A stretch of 64,000 bases of DNA from NCBI GenBank assembly GCA_963667015.2, contig CAXXJJ010000004.1:1792001-1856000 (forward strand), read 5' to 3'. The notes beneath the pieces were generated by a model. It worked only from the letters and a program-made list of their open reading frames with translations, was not told where the DNA came from and did not search any database. The first letter of the stretch is position 1. Every line of letters starts with the position of its first letter. Origin of the DNA: Desulfatiglandales bacterium. GTDB lineage: Bacteria > Desulfobacterota > DSM-4660 > Desulfatiglandales > HGW-15. This document shows, in pieces, positions 20,914-31,529 of this stretch. The translations under genes and the position numbers were made by a program.

Positions 20914-23900
20914 TTATTTAAACTCAAACTTCAGACCAACTACAAACCTGCGACCACGAAGGTCACCAACTACACCGAGGCCCGAGCCTGTACCAAACCA
21001 GCTTTGAGATTCTGAAGCGAGGAATGGTTGAGGATCTTTGTCAAACACATTACTAACATTGAAAAATAAATTGAGGTTTCCCCTATCCAGGTCAAATCTG
21101 TAAGTCATATTCACATCGGTAAGGATTTCTGCATCTCTGGTATTGTCATAAACATCCCATCTTTCACTGGTACCATTGTAGTTCCAGTTCCGGTTAATCA
21201 GAGTCTTGCCTGTATACCTGTTCTGAAACCAGAATCCAAATGGACCACGCCGGTAGTTTAGGGATACAGAAGCTGTCCACTCAGGATAAGTAATATCAGC
21301 AGTTTCGACCTTAATGCCATCCTGGGTAGAAGAGTTCTCCCCTACATAACTGCCAAGCAGACGAAAGCCGATACTCTCGTCACCACCGAGCCAGTTAACA
21401 GGTGCATTATAGCCTAATTCAAAGTCAATACCAACTGCCTTTACTGAGTCCTTGTTAATATAGGGCTCACCAACCAGAGTAATTGCAGGGATAGTATCGC
21501 CATTGTCATCTAATATTGGATTGTCTCCATCCATTACTGGATCACCACCGCGAGTAATCATGTCACAGTAAGTTGGAATGCCATCCACATAGCAGCCTTC
21601 GGATACATCTGATGAACTTAACTTGTTGATATTATCCTTGATCTCAATAGTGTACCAGTCCATTGAAAAGCTAAGGCCTTCCACCCATCGGGGCATATAC
21701 ACCAGGCCCACTGTTCCGGTTGTTGCTCTTTCAGGCTGAATATCAGGGCTACCGTTAGAGAATCTGGTAACATTATACGAAATCGCATTTTCCGTATATT
21801 CTTCTGCCAAATAGTCCTTTACGCTCGCGATACCACCGGTTCGGTCAAATTTTTCACCCATGGTAGCAGCCCGCACATCACGGGAAAGTGTGCTGCGAAT
21901 TCGTAATTCATTATTAACAGCCCAGTCAAGACCACCTTTATAGGACCAGGCTGTACCGGCTCCCGAATAATTTGCCCAGCGTGCAGCCCCATTAAAATTC
22001 AGCTGTTTTACAAAGGGGAGATCAGAGACTATAGGAACCAGTATTTCATCAAATACTTCATGTACGTTCTGGTCACCACGGGCAAATGGCACATTTGAAA
22101 ACTGTATGTCAACTATGTTGCCTGAGGCGATATTACCGCCAGCCACACCGCGAATACCCAGTGCTGGATTGGTAGCCATTACCGGGAGGTAAGTCGGATC
22201 GATATTTTCATTACCTCCAGGACCTACCTGCACTAACTGAGTAAAAGATTCCTCACGATAGTTATAACCAAAGGCCATACTGATGGGACCTGCACCCCAA
22301 CCTTCATAAAGCTCGCCGTCTGCTGAAACTTCAAATACAGTCTGATCAATATTGATAATCCTTTGCTTATTCGCACTTGAAGTATAGCTGTAGGGTATGC
22401 TTTCGGTGCCAGAAAGAAAACCTTCTACATCCATTTGAACTCCTGGCTCATAGCCGGTTACCCAGTCAACGGCTTCCGCAGATGCCTGCCCCGCGCCAAA
22501 GAGATTAAGAGGTACACAGTCCTGATACATCTCGTTTGCCGTGCCTCTGGTTGTAACAGCCACGTTACAGGCAGGTTGGCCTGTAAGAGGATCAGTAACA
22601 ACATCCATGGCAAGATAGATTCGATCAAGACGGACACCACCGCGCTGAATTGCCTTTACATCGGTTTCACCGTACTGAATGTAACCTTTGATCTGCCAGT
22701 CATCAAAAAAACCGGAGCCTACTGTGTATTCGAAGCCGGTTGTCAGAGACAGGGTCTTTGTCTGCTGCTCGGTATAGGGATCAAAACCTATGTCTTCGGG
22801 TCCGCCATTTCTGCTGAATTTTACACTCGTCAGTGAATTGGCATCCATTATATCCTGAATACTCTGCGGCAGGAAAGGGTTTTCACGATAGACCGTGAAG
22901 GCGCCCCAATATTGAGCGAATACTCCGCCATAGTTTTTGTTAACGAAATATGATTTTCCAAGCATGGCCTGACCGTAAACCTTGAGCTTGTGACTAATGT
23001 CATGCTCAATATATGCAAAGTAATTTTCTCTACCGGACTCAGGCGTTAACGTAGTATTATCCCAGGGGGCGCTATCCGTAGAAGAAAAAACACCATCGGG
23101 GTTTTCACACTTTGTCCCCAACCCGCTGGTACAAAGCCCGGTGCTCTTTATATAAGGAACAGCATTACCTGCGCTATCAAAAGTGTACCAGCCGACAGAA
23201 GCCGGAAACGTGAGGATTCCATCGATTGAGCTGGATTGGCTATAGAGCTTGCGGACCGGTATATAAAAAGGGTTGTCGCGAGAGGTTCCTGCGTCGGCTC
23301 TTGGACTTCGAACCAGGCCGATAGAATCATACCATGAATAGTCACCGAGCTTATCACCATAGATAGGGTCCTGTTCGCCTTTTTCCACTGAAAGCAAGAT
23401 TCGGGTCATGTCTGTCAACTCATAACCGCCGCCGATTGCCAGCTCATAGTTTTTATTATCGCCCCTCGCAGTTTGACCCATCTGCACATGCCCCTTGATT
23501 CCTTGATAATTGGTATTCAGGATAAAGTTGGTAACACCAGCCACAGCGTCAGTACCATAAGCTGCAGAAGCACCACCGGTTACCGTCTCAAAAGACCTGA
23601 GCAGAAGTTCGGGAAAAAGGTTTATATCCGGTCCTCCGAATATAGTAGAAGGGACCACCCGGCGACCATCCAGTAACGTCAGTGTACGCTTGCCCTGAAG
23701 CCCACGCAGATTCAAGGTCCCTGCACCTGAAGTTTCGAAAAAACCACCTGTATTCTGTGTAGTATTTGAACCATAAAACATTGGCAATTCCGCCAGTCCC
23801 TCAATCATTGTGGTCGGAGATGCCATATCGATCTCATCCGGCACTACCACGGTGACCGGTGTTGGAGTATCCATACCGGATGTTCTGATTCGTGAACCAG

Positions 23901-24070
23901 TTACTGTAATTTCATCCAGGGTAAATTCATCTCCGGAGTCATCATTTGCACTATTTTGAGCCAAACCATGAGTGGTGAATAGCATGAGGCTGATAATTAA
24001 CAATACTAAACAGGTGCAAGCCTTTCTTACTCCCCCTTTAAAATTGAATCATTTCTTTCATTTCTTTCAT
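20914..24070 (-). CDS. TonB-dependent receptor; 5' end split by a +1 frameshift near 24040
   Basis: TonB box DEITVTGSRI, NLRGL...RTL.LLDGRR, GASAAYGTDAVAG, terminal FEFK. AGGAGG plus ATG codons at 24070/24061/24052 are one base out of frame with the main ORF. Confidence 0.85.
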
Positions 24071-24569
24071 GTCCTCCTAATAAATTAAGTTTTACACTCG
24101 GGGATAAATCCATAGGGACAAACCTAGAACAATAAAATAGTTACCGTTTCTTTATTAATACCTGGGAATACTTCAGCAGCTAAAATTGCTGCATAATACA
24201 TTCAGCTTGAATAAAGTTAACTCAATTAATTCTATTCTTCGGTTTTTCGAAATATGAAAGATTTAATGATTTTAGTTTTAACTTAATGTTTAATACGCCC
24301 GTTAATATTTAAGGGCGGCATTGCTCAGAAGAAGAGAGGAGGTTCCAGTTACTGATATAACTCCGCTGATAAGCGAACATTCGAACAGGAATCTATAGAA
24401 TGAGCTAGAGCAATGATATCTCTGAGTTTTAGAGAAACATTGATAACACACCAATACAGGTCATTGGACACGAATCTATTACTGTCAAATGATCTGTAAT
24501 AAACTATAATAAAAAGCAAAAGACTCAGTATAATTTTAGGTTTAAAACTATTAAGACTTGATTTTTAAA

Positions 24570-24599
24570 ACAGAATACGGATTCTGTATTCATTGTCAA
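24570..24599 (-). promoter_or_regulatory. Candidate promoter/operator upstream of the TonB receptor
   Basis: Minus strand TTGACA-N16-TATTCT, overlapped by IR ACAGAAT-N4-ATTCTGT (24570-24587). Confidence 0.5.
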
Positions 24600-24711
24600 G
24601 TAATTTATTTATTTTTTAAAATCGCCTTTAAAACTAAAGCGTTACACAATCTTTACGTTAACTCATGCATGATTTCTATAGATAATTTTGATGTATTCTC
24701 TCTAAAAACAA

Positions 24712-24750
24712 AATGAACTACACCGCAGCAATGACGCGGGGTAGTTCATT
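24712..24750. repeat. Palindromic element (IS200/IS605-end-like or terminator)
   Basis: AATGAACTAC-ACCGC...GCGGG-GTAGTTCATT inverted repeat. Confidence 0.5.
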
Positions 24751-24780
24751 CAGAGATGTAAAAATATGTATATTTGTCTG

Positions 24781-25608
24781 TTAAAGCATTATAGGGATAT
24801 CTCCGAGATTGATGTCTTCCGGCGTTGTATCAATCTTTTCAAAGGACTCTTTCTTGTCACCCTTAATAATCTCCAGGCTGTATTCACCTTCTCCCAGCCC
24901 TTCGAACCAGAAGTCGCCATAGCGATCCGTCCTGGCATTCAGTTCTTTACCGCTTGACGCTTCGGTCAGAGTACAATCCGCATCTATAATGACTTCTTTT
25001 TCATTGGGATCATATACTGTTCCGGTAATGAACCTGCCAGGCAGATTCAGGTAGTATACCCTGGGTTTGACTTCATCCTTCAATTCAGGTTTCCAGACCT
25101 GGGCATCATTGATTATATCCCTTGCCTCATCTTCATCCATCATCCGCAAAGCCTCTGTCGGGCATGCATCCGCACACCTCGGTTCCACCCACACATCATC
25201 CAGCAGGTGTGCGCATCCCGTACATTTCTGTGCTATGTTGAGATTTTCGTTAAAATAAACAACGTTATAGGGACACCCTTCAATGCAGAGTCTGCATCCG
25301 GAACACTTGTCGCCGTCAATTATCACCAGACCGTCATCCCTCTTGTATATGGCATCTTCAACCGGGCAGACCTCTATACAGGGTGCATCATCACAATGCA
25401 TGCACAGATGGGGACGATAGGCAACCTTTACCTTTGGCACAGTGCCCCTTACACGCTCGGTAAGGTCCATCCAGAACTGCCCTGAGTCAGGCTGGGGTTT
25501 TGCTATAGGAGACCAGTCATTACCAACATGCTCATCCTTACAGGCAATCTGACAGGCGTGGCATCCGTTACATTTAGTTATATCTATCACAAATACTTTC
25601 TTTGACAT
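24781..25608 (-). CDS. Fe-S subunit, pyrogallol hydroxytransferase small-subunit (AthM)-like
   Basis: CNGC..CQIACKDEH, CMHC...C...CP, CSGC..C...CPY and KCTGC motifs, plus a C-terminal beta-sandwich (TD.YGDFWF). Confidence 0.85.
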   Translation of the reverse strand: MSKKVFVIDITKCNGCHACQIACKDEHVGNDWSPIAKPQPDSGQFWMDLTERVRGTVPKVKVAYRPHLCMHCDDAPCIEVCPVEDAIYKRDDGLVIIDGDKCSGCRLCIEGCPYNVVYFNENLNIAQKCTGCAHLLDDVWVEPRCADACPTEALRMMDEDEARDIINDAQVWKPELKDEVKPRVYYLNLPGRFITGTVYDPNEKEVIIDADCTLTEASSGKELNARTDRYGDFWFEGLGEGEYSLEIIKGDKKESFEKIDTTPEDINLGDIPIML

Positions 25609-25610
25609 GT

Positions 25611-28274
25611 CTACCTCCTCTTCTCTACCCAGGCATCAAAACGGAGACCTGAACTCGGATCATATTCTCTGTTGAAGGCCTCGGGGTATTCACTCATCCA
25701 TCTGCCCATCTGCTCAGGCGTAACCTTTTCGATTTCCACGAGAAAACCGCTGGTAGCCTGTCCCGCGCAGTGCTTTGATGTCAGGCCAGCAGGTGATACC
25801 GAGTTTATGGCCCCTCCCCTGTCCAGTTTTCCTGGAATAATAGGATCATGTCTTGCACCGTGGTCCACGGAGACAGCTCCGGGCCTTATTCTCTCAAAGA
25901 CGCGTGCTCCGACAAGGGTGGCTCCTCTTTCATTAAATACCCGAACAATATCACCATCCTTGATGCCCCTCTTTTCCGCATCACCGGGATTGATCCAGCA
26001 TGGTTCGTACTTGTACCCGTCAAAACCCTTTACCTTGCATGTAAACGCTTCACGTGTCCACGATATATCGTCACACTGGGCATGGACCCTCCACCGACCA
26101 TGATTGGACATTAAAAGGAGCGGGTATTTCTCAGCCCTCTCACTGGATCTCCTTTCATCATGGGTTTCACTCTTTTCTATCCATTTGGGAATAGGCCCGC
26201 GTTCAATGTCATCGGGGAAGTTCTTTGCAATACGTTCGGAATAGAATTCAAGCTTGCCTGAAGGCGTGGAGAGGGGATTAGCCTCCGGATCCTTGTAGAA
26301 GTCATAGAGGCCCGCGGTATCATCCTCCCAGTCTTCAGCAACGGGCAGTACATAATAGCCTTTTTCTATAAATTCCTCCCAGCTTATGTATTTATCAAAT
26401 CCCATGTCATCAAAAACGTCCTTTATCAATTCGGATGATGATCTGCCTTCGGTAACTTCATCATACATGCCCAGTTTCTTGGCAACCTCCAGGACCGCCT
26501 CATAGTTGCTCTTTGCTTCACCCACCGGAGGAATAGCCTCTTCCATGCGCACAATACTTTGAAAACTCTCCCCGTCTCTTACGCATGGTGAAATATCATC
26601 TGTCTCTATTGTTGTTTTGATAGGCAGGATAATGTCGGCAAACAGACTGTCATTCTCAAGCCAGGGTGCCTGTGCAACAAAAAGTTCAATCTTGGGACTC
26701 CTTGCTGTTTCTGCGATATGGTGCCCGTTACCCCAGCATGTAATACGGCAGGGTGTATCAGACCATATCATCCTGATCTCGGTACCGCCTTCTTCTTTGG
26801 GTATAGGGTAGGTATATTTAACGAATTGATCAGACGTTGGAACTTCGATACCGCCGGTACCCCAGAAATCGACCTTGCCTTCATTGATAGCCGTTTCTAT
26901 AAGTGTCTTGGGAATCATCTGTTTTCCCCATGCCTTCGGTGTTAAACTGTGGGGTTTCATAAGTCTGTTACCATACTTGCTGTTTTTCAGGCTCTCAAAC
27001 ATCGCCATGTGCCCTCCCGTCTTCGGGGTGACTATGTTCCTGGGCATTCCCTGATAGGCAATCTGGGTCTGGTGAACACCGGGCTTTCCCAGGCCCTGCA
27101 TTCCAAGAAGTACAACCTCGAGTCTGGCTGGTTCATGGGACAATGGACCTCTAATCATACCGCCACCGAAATAGTGACCTATGGTAGTTACGTTATCGGC
27201 AAAGTCTCTTGCAAGGGCCTTTATGGTCCATTCGGAAACTCCGCACTTGGGTGATGCCCATTCAGGTGTTTTGGGGACACCGTCCTCTTCACCCATGACA
27301 TAGGCCTTTACTTTATCAAAACCCACAACATGGGTATCAACATATTCCTTGTCATAGGTATCTTCTTTGATCCAGGTGTATATTATAGCAAGCTGAAGGG
27401 CAGCGTCTGTGTTGGGGAATACCGGAATCCATTTGTCTGCGTGGATAGCAGCCGCATAGTTCAGATCAGGGCAGATATAGATCTGCCTGATTCCGATTTC
27501 TTTCCAGAACCGAACTATATTGCTGGCAAACTGCCCCCTGAAACCCCAGGGTGTTGTCTCAGGGTCACCACCCCAAACCAGGAGTAATTGAGTGTGCTCA
27601 GTTATGTCTTTAACCAGGTTGTTGGCCGGGGCCATCATTCCTATGAGTCCTGAGCCCCACATATGCTTTGAACCCCAGTACCAGCCCTCCCATGAATCAG
27701 GATTTCTGACCTGCTGTGTAAATCCGCCCATCTTGTCCAGCAGCAGGGAAGAGGAGCCGTGTGTTGCATGAACAAACATGCATTCACCGTGGCCGTCACC
27801 CTGGATCAGGATGGCCAGTGGTCCATATTCCTTATGTATCCTCTTTATCTCTCTGGCAATTAATTCGGCGGCTTCATCCCATGAAATCCTGACAAATTTG
27901 CTCTTTCCCCTGTTATGGGTATTGCGGTCACCATCCGGATCCCAGTCAATTCTCTTTAAAGGATATTTTATTCTGTTCGGGGAATATACCCGTTTTTTAT
28001 AGGCAAGACTGAAAGGTGAGGGAAGGGCCTTCATCATGGGTTTCAGCGTCTTCCCGTTTTTACTGATTTCCCACGGATTGAAAGTTTTTGAATCATATTT
28101 AGCATCGTAATGAAGGGGTCTTATCCTTATGATCTTTCCATTTTTGACATCCACTGCACAAGGAACTGCCCCGTAAATACCACCGCTGAGTCCGAGAGCC
28201 TTATATACCGTTTTGTCGGCTTTACTAGCCAACGGATCTTTCATTCTTTTTTCCTTTGATATTTCTCCTGGCAT
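25611..28274 (-). CDS. Mo-bisPGD oxidoreductase, pyrogallol hydroxytransferase large-subunit (AthL)-like
   Basis: VYSPNRIKYP, ISWDEA, RNPDSWEGWYWG (Ser ligand), PNTDAAL, TPSGKLEF. No N-terminal Fe-S motif or Tat signal. Confidence 0.85.
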   Translation of the reverse strand: MPGEISKEKRMKDPLASKADKTVYKALGLSGGIYGAVPCAVDVKNGKIIRIRPLHYDAKYDSKTFNPWEISKNGKTLKPMMKALPSPFSLAYKKRVYSPNRIKYPLKRIDWDPDGDRNTHNRGKSKFVRISWDEAAELIAREIKRIHKEYGPLAILIQGDGHGECMFVHATHGSSSLLLDKMGGFTQQVRNPDSWEGWYWGSKHMWGSGLIGMMAPANNLVKDITEHTQLLLVWGGDPETTPWGFRGQFASNIVRFWKEIGIRQIYICPDLNYAAAIHADKWIPVFPNTDAALQLAIIYTWIKEDTYDKEYVDTHVVGFDKVKAYVMGEEDGVPKTPEWASPKCGVSEWTIKALARDFADNVTTIGHYFGGGMIRGPLSHEPARLEVVLLGMQGLGKPGVHQTQIAYQGMPRNIVTPKTGGHMAMFESLKNSKYGNRLMKPHSLTPKAWGKQMIPKTLIETAINEGKVDFWGTGGIEVPTSDQFVKYTYPIPKEEGGTEIRMIWSDTPCRITCWGNGHHIAETARSPKIELFVAQAPWLENDSLFADIILPIKTTIETDDISPCVRDGESFQSIVRMEEAIPPVGEAKSNYEAVLEVAKKLGMYDEVTEGRSSSELIKDVFDDMGFDKYISWEEFIEKGYYVLPVAEDWEDDTAGLYDFYKDPEANPLSTPSGKLEFYSERIAKNFPDDIERGPIPKWIEKSETHDERRSSERAEKYPLLLMSNHGRWRVHAQCDDISWTREAFTCKVKGFDGYKYEPCWINPGDAEKRGIKDGDIVRVFNERGATLVGARVFERIRPGAVSVDHGARHDPIIPGKLDRGGAINSVSPAGLTSKHCAGQATSGFLVEIEKVTPEQMGRWMSEYPEAFNREYDPSSGLRFDAWVEKRR

Positions 28275-28349
28275 AAAACCTCCTTACGACTTTGTTTTAT
28301 ATTAAAAGTACTGTACTCTGCTAATCACTCCATTATTTTAAAATATGAA

Positions 28350-28532
28350 AACAATTTCCTGCCAACTTTCCACCATGATTGGCAATTTGTACTCAAAAAA
28401 GCCCCTTAAAAATCAGCCATGGTAACCGGGACCGTATCAACCTTTGCAAAGTCGTCAACACCAATAGCATAGGCGATATCCTTTTCTCCTCCTTTGATAT
28501 AGATAACTGGCAATAAAGATATATCTTTTCAT
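28350..28532 (-). pseudogene. Collapsed remnant of an alpha/beta hydrolase gene (paralog of 18903-19904)
   Basis: GGAGG plus ATG MKRYIFI, then out of frame LPVIYIKGGEKDIAYAIGVDDFAKVDTVPVTMADF* and NHGGKLA. This matches PVIYLNGGPTDIAYDNSEEDF...PNGGRFA of the intact gene. Confidence 0.7.
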
Positions 28533-28560
28533 GTTAAACTCCTCCCGGTTAAATGATTGA

Positions 28561-28595
28561 CAGGGGCGGCATTCATGGATAATCGCCGTCCCCTG
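28561..28595 (-). terminator. GC-rich hairpin downstream of the esterase gene
   Basis: CAGGGGCGGC...GCCGTCCCCTG imperfect IR. Confidence 0.4.
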
Positions 28596-28636
28596 CCCTA
28601 ATTACACAGGGCAACCCTGTAATTTCCCGAAATCGA

Positions 28637-30046
<1,410 letters not shown>

Positions 30047-30230
30047 TTAAGTTGTTAATATGATCAGTAAAAATATAATTAGAAATCAAAGGACCTCTGT
30101 AGGGATTCAGGTCCGGGCTTGTGATTTGAGCATTCTATTCTTGCTAAAATCGCTATTAATGTATATAGGTATACAAAAGGCTTAATAGTGTCAATAGATT
30201 TTTCAGTATATGATGTAAAGGAGTTATTTC

Positions 30231-31529
30231 TTGAATAGTATTAAAGCAACGCCAACGGTATCTATCTGGAACCGTAATTTTATATGCATATTATTATTAT
30301 CATTTGCACTCGGCTTTTCACATTTTTCGGTAAACCCTCTAATCGCATCCTATTCTATTCATCTGGGTGCCAGCGACCATCTTACAGGATTCATTCTGGG
30401 TATTTTTTTTGGTGTCGCCTTCGTAATGAGACCTGTAGCGGGTCCTGTTCTCACATGGTTTGATAAGCGAAAACTGATGATACTGATATTTATTATCAAT
30501 GGAGCTGCAAATATCGGTTATGCATTCTTTGACAACATATCAGGCTTTATAACCTTCAGGCTGCTTCACGGATTTCAATACGCCCTGGTTGGAACCCTTT
30601 CAATGACCCTGGCAGGGGACAGTCTTCCAAAAGAGAAAATGGCCTCAGGTATGGGTATTTTCGGCCTGAGCAGTTCACTAAGTATGGCAATAGCGCCGAC
30701 TATAGGATTAAGCATCCTGAATTACGGAACATATTTAAAAAATGAAAGTTTTGGTTTTACCTGTATTTTTCTTTTCGGCATAATAATCAGTTTTCTGGGT
30801 TTGATTCCGGCTTTTATGCTTCTCCCGGACAAAAAGACAAAGGAAGATATATCAAGCACGGGAGCGTGGTATAAGAATATAGCTTCCGTTCATGCGGCTC
30901 CCATGGCTATGATTATGCTTTTTATTTATTTAGGGTGGTCTCTATATAACGGGTATATTGTAGAATATGCAAAAGAGCTGGAAATACCCGGAATAGGTGC
31001 ATTTTATACCGTACAGGCGCTGGTTCTTTTATTTATAAGGCCTGCGAGCGGATATCTTACCGACAGGCTTGGTTTAGCCAGAGTTCTTCCCCCTGCCCTG
31101 TTGATAACAGCATCTTCATTTATTATAATTGGATCCGCTGGATCAATCAATACCATGCTCATAGGTTCGGCAGTAGCAGCTATAGGGTTCGGTGCATTTC
31201 AGCCGGCTGTCTATTCCATGTGCATACTGTCCGAAACACCTCTTAAGCGCAGTGTTGCCAGCAATACTCTCTATATAGGTATAGATATGGGTCTATTTCT
31301 AGGACCTTTTCTCGGCGGCATTGTACATGAAGCATATAATTACTCGATTATGTTTAAGTCAGCTTCTTTAATGGTCATCATCGGTCTCATTATCTTTATT
31401 ATACTGCTGCCAGGTTATTATCGCAGACGCGGGGAGCTGGATAAAATGGAAACAGAACAGGAACAGAATAAGAGTAACAAAGAACTGCTCTTTATTAATA
31501 AGGACAGGAAGGCATGGAGCCGTCAGTAA
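30231..31529 (+). CDS. MFS transporter
   Basis: Hydrophobic helices, RP..G...D, FRLLHG and G.LTDRLG. TTG start after AAGGAG; overlaps the next gene. Confidence 0.9.
   Translation: MNSIKATPTVSIWNRNFICILLLSFALGFSHFSVNPLIASYSIHLGASDHLTGFILGIFFGVAFVMRPVAGPVLTWFDKRKLMILIFIINGAANIGYAFFDNISGFITFRLLHGFQYALVGTLSMTLAGDSLPKEKMASGMGIFGLSSSLSMAIAPTIGLSILNYGTYLKNESFGFTCIFLFGIIISFLGLIPAFMLLPDKKTKEDISSTGAWYKNIASVHAAPMAMIMLFIYLGWSLYNGYIVEYAKELEIPGIGAFYTVQALVLLFIRPASGYLTDRLGLARVLPPALLITASSFIIIGSAGSINTMLIGSAVAAIGFGAFQPAVYSMCILSETPLKRSVASNTLYIGIDMGLFLGPFLGGIVHEAYNYSIMFKSASLMVIIGLIIFIILLPGYYRRRGELDKMETEQEQNKSNKELLFINKDRKAWSRQ

Noticed and set aside
24349..24565. Open minus-strand frame with a hydrophobic stretch upstream of the TonB receptor
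   Set aside because: No RBS-supported start near its 5' end and no recognisable homology.
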